Assembly: GCA_951406725.2 (NCBI GenBank)
Contig: OX597814.1
Span: 20,088,001-20,152,000, forward strand
DNA from: Octopus vulgaris
Taxonomy: Eukaryota
Reading direction: 5' to 3'
DNA: 64,000 bases
Shown one piece after another: positions 59,772-64,000 of this stretch. The notes below the pieces were generated by a model that was not told the origin of the DNA, searched no databases, and worked only from the letters and a program-made list of their open reading frames with translations. Position 1 is the stretch's first letter. Each line of letters starts with the position of its first letter. The position numbers were made by a program, and so were the translations under genes.

Positions 59772-60745
59772 TTAAACAAATGCTTTCACATCTCTGTTCA
59801 TACCAGTGCTATATAGTCACTTGACCTACCAAAATTAGCAGCCAAATTACTCCTTACTGTCTCAAATAAAGAAAGGATATATTAGATAATGCAGTAGGAG
59901 TCATACACCTCTAAAAAGATGGAATGATCACAATAAGAATTCTTTTGGTTATAGATCTACTTGATTAGGATTGACATGGGTAAATCTGAAAGAGTATGTT
60001 GTTAGCCAAGTAGTCAAAAGCAAATACAGTTAGTTACGTACTGTACCCAAGAGCAGAGCACAATTACCAGCCTAATTTGATCATGAAGTGAATTGATCAA
60101 CATTTAACCTACTAACCATTAAGTTGAAAAATACACAACGCAAATGCTGATTTGAAATTTATTTCTTATGCTTTGTAATTATGTCAACTGAACTCAGGGA
60201 AGAAACTTTTCCTAATAACATGAAGGTGTTAACATTTATAGACAAAAAGAGACCCAATTAGTTATTGTCAGATACTTTTAATCATACACTGTAACAAGGC
60301 AGTAATCTACAGCTGACTAATGCTCAGTGTTATCTGCAATTACTCTCAGTTCATCTGACCTGAATATTGCAGATACAAAGGACTACTTAACTCCTGTCAG
60401 ATCCCTAAAGGGTTATTAAAATAACACTTGTCAAAGCTATGATATTAAGTGGGTAACTCAGGTCAATTTTCAACATCTTTAGTTCGAAAAGTGTGATTAC
60501 AGAGAATGTCATTTGATATAGAATGAGGTCACCAAGGCAATGCACAATACCTGAGAGAAAACAAAATATGTAACTGTTCTAACTATTCTTGAGGAATGAC
60601 CGTTCCAAAATATTTATAATTTTAAAAATTATATGATCTTCATGAAATATAAATTGGTTTTAATATTTTTATGTGTTGGCCATTATGTTAACCACCATTA
60701 ATAAATGTTCAGAAAAAAAAAAATATTTACAATATTTAAGATATA

Positions 60746-60850
60746 CTTTTCTACTCTAGGTACAAGTCCCAAAATTTTGGGAGAGGGGATCAGACGAAAT
60801 ACCGCTAAGCATTTCCCCCTGTGTGCTAACGTTTCTGCCAGCTTGCCACC
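60746..60850 (-). mobile_element. Short Nin-family SINE lacking its central domain, 19-bp TSD
   Basis: TTACAATATTTAAGATATA at 60727-60745 and 60851-60869. Confidence 0.78.
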
Positions 60851-61299
60851 TTACAATATTTAAGATATAGAACAATGAATTTTGTTCATGGGGTTTTAAG
60901 GTATGATAAAAGTCAGCTTGACATAACATAGCCTTTCTTAGCCTTGAGCCCACAACTCTTTAATGGAGGCATAGAAGTGTCACAGGGTTTGTTGTGAGGA
61001 CCCCTTTAGACTTGACAGAGCCCATTCCTCTCTAGATTTGACAACTGATTTCTTCCTAAAAGTATGAGTGAGTGAAAAAGACACTGATCCCAGAACAACT
61101 GGTGTGTTATTAATCCCAAAAAGATGAACAGTAAAGTTGGCTTTAGCAGAATTTGAGTGTAGAGAATTGAAACAATTACCACAAAGCAATCTATCTGACA
61201 TTCTAAAAACTGTCAACCATCCACCTCGAATATAGTACTATCTTATAATATACAGAAGTGAATCTTATGTTCCAAGTTGCAGGTCACACTTTTAACCCA

Positions 61300-61515
61300 A
61301 GTAGCTGAAAAGAACACTTGGTTGGGAACTAGTATCAATGATGATGACATATCTGCTGTTGATGACTTCTTTGACCAACAGGATCCAAGCACTGCAATAT
61401 TGATGGAAGAAGTATGTGGACTACAAGGTTGGGGGGGGGGGGCTATGTTGAAAAATAAAGCACATATGGTTACATTCCATGAGAATATGTTGGTCAGCTT
61501 TTGAACTTTTCATCT
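61300..61515 (+). mobile_element. mariner transposase 3'-end remnant
   Basis: DDDISAVDDFFDQQD...WKKYVDYKG..YVEK* resembles mariner C-termini. Confidence 0.6.
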
Positions 61516-64000
61516 GGCTAGTGTAACTTAAAAATACTGCCAGATGTGGAATGCAAAGTCATTTCTAGATTCAATGGATCAGAACTAGAGTTGTTATCAA
61601 CAAAAAGAATTTTTCACACTGGTATGAAAGGGATTACAGCAATCTAGTAAATCAGAGAGGGAGGCCTCTCCTAAGTAGTTGAATGGCCTATAAGAAAATA
61701 GCAGCCAAATCTCCATCAAATCACAATCCTTGAACACATTGGATAATGCAGTCTTAGTTATATCAGGAACAAGGCCCGAAATTTGTGGGGAAGGGGCAAG
61801 TTGATTACATGGATGTCAGTTCTCAACTGGTACTTATTTTATTAACCCTGAAAGAATGAAAGCAAACTCAACTTCGACAACAATTGAAATCAGAATGTAA
61901 AACCTGAAGAAACACAACTAAGCATTTTGTCCAGCATGGTAACAATTCTGCCAGCTCACTACCTTATATTATGATTAAATAATAAGACGAGCAGATCCTG
62001 GCTGGAATGCTATTGATCATAGGTCAACTCAATCAAGGTAGAGGTGAGCTAAACAAAATATTTTCATCTATCTTTACATGAATGCGAACATAGTTCTGTA
62101 AATGGCTTTGTGCTAGGATTAAATATTTGTTTAGCTTCAAATCAGATCTGATCAAGTACACCTATAATCAAAAGTTTTCCTGCTTTGACTTTTGTGTCTT
62201 TGCATACCAGAAATATCCAGTGTAATATTATTTATTCAAGATGGTAGGATGTGGTTGCTATTTCTAGCAGGTGGAGTGAGTGCATAAAGAATGTCTTATT
62301 AGTTGGTGTGTTTATAGGTTGACAGAGTATAGTAACATATTTTGGACACTTTTTACTATTGATCATCTCCAGGATGATCCTTTAAAGCCATGTTTGCAGA
62401 GTTTGCATTGTTTAAAAATGAATTGCGGCTTCGACTATACAGTGAATATTAAACAACTATTTTATGTTGCTGATAGTAGGGTTGGCTTGTGGTATTTGTC
62501 CTGTTGTTGATAACTGGTTGGCTTGTGGTATTCAACAACCATGTCCTGCAACTGACAGTTGATGGTTGACTTGATAGCAGATTGAGGTTTAGGCAGAAAG
62601 TTGTTCTTCCGATTAACACTTACAGATATCTGGTCAACATGAACAATTAAATATTGATTTGAGTTAGCAACAAGAACTTGAAGCCCAGTAATGTTTTGGA
62701 AGTTGTAACTCATCTGTAAACTGTAAAGGTATGTGAACTGGTATGGCTATTCAAAAGAAATGGTATCAGTCTGCATGACTCCATCATTATATGCCCTGTC
62801 ATACTCAGCTTGTGCAGACAGGACATTTTTATGTTTCTTTTGAGTGCAACAAAGCCACTGTTGACATTGACCAGCTAAAAACAGTAGCCAAATCTCTCTC
62901 AAACCACATCCTACTGTTTTATATAGAAAAGAAAAATAAATATAGTTTTCATGGTTGGACTACCTTAATTATAAATCAAGCCCTTAGGAGTCAAACAACA
63001 GCAAACACCAGTGGTGTCAGTTCTTGCCTAATATAGTCGTTTAGTTCCAAGTCAAACCTGAGAGAGCAGACTTCTGCTCAAAAGTGCATTTTATCATGAC
63101 CATGCAGTCGTTTTAGAAGAATGTGAGACTGCATAATTTAATGTGTCCTTTTCCTATCTAAGATGATAAAATGTGTTTAGAGGGAGACTTTAGTGCTGTT
63201 TTTAGCAGGTTGAGTGGCTTTGTGAAAACTGTTATATAGCTTGTAGTTGATAACAGTGAAAAACATGTTTGCTACTTTATCACTGAAAATTCAAATCATC
63301 AAAGTTCACATGTTATGAACAGTGATTTTTCCTTCACCAGGATAATTTTCCCTTACAGATCCTGTTGTAAATTTTTTTTTTTTTTCACAGGACAGAGTTA
63401 CTTGCTTCATTTACAATTTCTTCTTTATAACTGGCCTATGGAACCAGCAATGGTAGAGGACACAATAGTTCTTAGAAATTAATGTCATTGAAATTATACA
63501 CTCTTTACACTATACATTCTTTAGTAAATCTTAAAAAAATATAAAAAAAAGAAAGAAAAGCAGTAAGATTTGTAAAATTATATAAAAAAAAGTATTCAGT
63601 ATAAAAAATATAAAGAACTAAAAGATAAATGTTTCAAAGCATGAATGGTAGCACTCCCCACTCCCCACTCATTGTTTTTAACGTGTGAATAATAGAAATT
63701 GAAACAAACTACAAAGAACATTTACACAGTAATTACAGTGACTAGCTCGTATGATTGGCTGCATCTCTTTAATTAAATGATTTCTTAGAAGGAAGTTTAG
63801 AGAGAGAGAAAGAGAGAGAGCAACATTAGGTCACCATGTTTATAGTGGAGATAAACATTTACTTAAGCAAAATAGTGAAATGTATCAAGACAACAAAGTA
63901 CTTATATATTTATGTTCTTTGTTAAAAGTTTGAGATCTTTGTGGGGTTTTTTTTTCAAATGAATATAAATATTTATTCTTCTTTGATAATAAATGTTACT

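Noticed and set aside
59130-64000. Possible further SHPK exons
   Set aside because: I found no upstream SHPK motifs (e.g. AASWGYF) by eye; the region looks intronic with decayed repeats, so the 5' exons probably lie beyond the window.

Overview
AT-rich, repeat-dense eukaryotic DNA. The SINE repertoire points to an octopus (coleoid cephalopod); this is an inference. Most of the window (717-53798, + strand) is one 31-exon gene for the DNA2 nuclease/helicase, which I assembled by hand from splice sites and reading phase. It gives about 1723 aa if one apparent extra T at 36011-36015 is removed; the start exon may lie upstream. The Fe-S cysteines, RecB-like nuclease motifs and SF1B helicase motifs are all present. 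Notable points: (1) a 2.1-kb exon encoding a ~700-aa low-complexity N-terminal extension with a ~50-aa internal repeat, CDK sites and two motifs resembling Ctf4-interacting (CIP) boxes; (2) a PIP-box-like peptide in the first visible exon; (3) a final intron of the rare U12 AT-AC class (52139-53762). The last three exons of sedoheptulokinase (SHPK, - strand, 55988-59127) converge on DNA2. Introns carry several SINE families (often nested), CR1/RTE LINE remnants, two related solo LTRs, four non-autonomous Helitrons with swapped ends, decayed Tc1/mariner elements and several MITEs. I see no evidence for a wholly new multi-gene system. The best leads are the DNA2 N-terminal motifs, the AT-AC intron and the transposon architectures.
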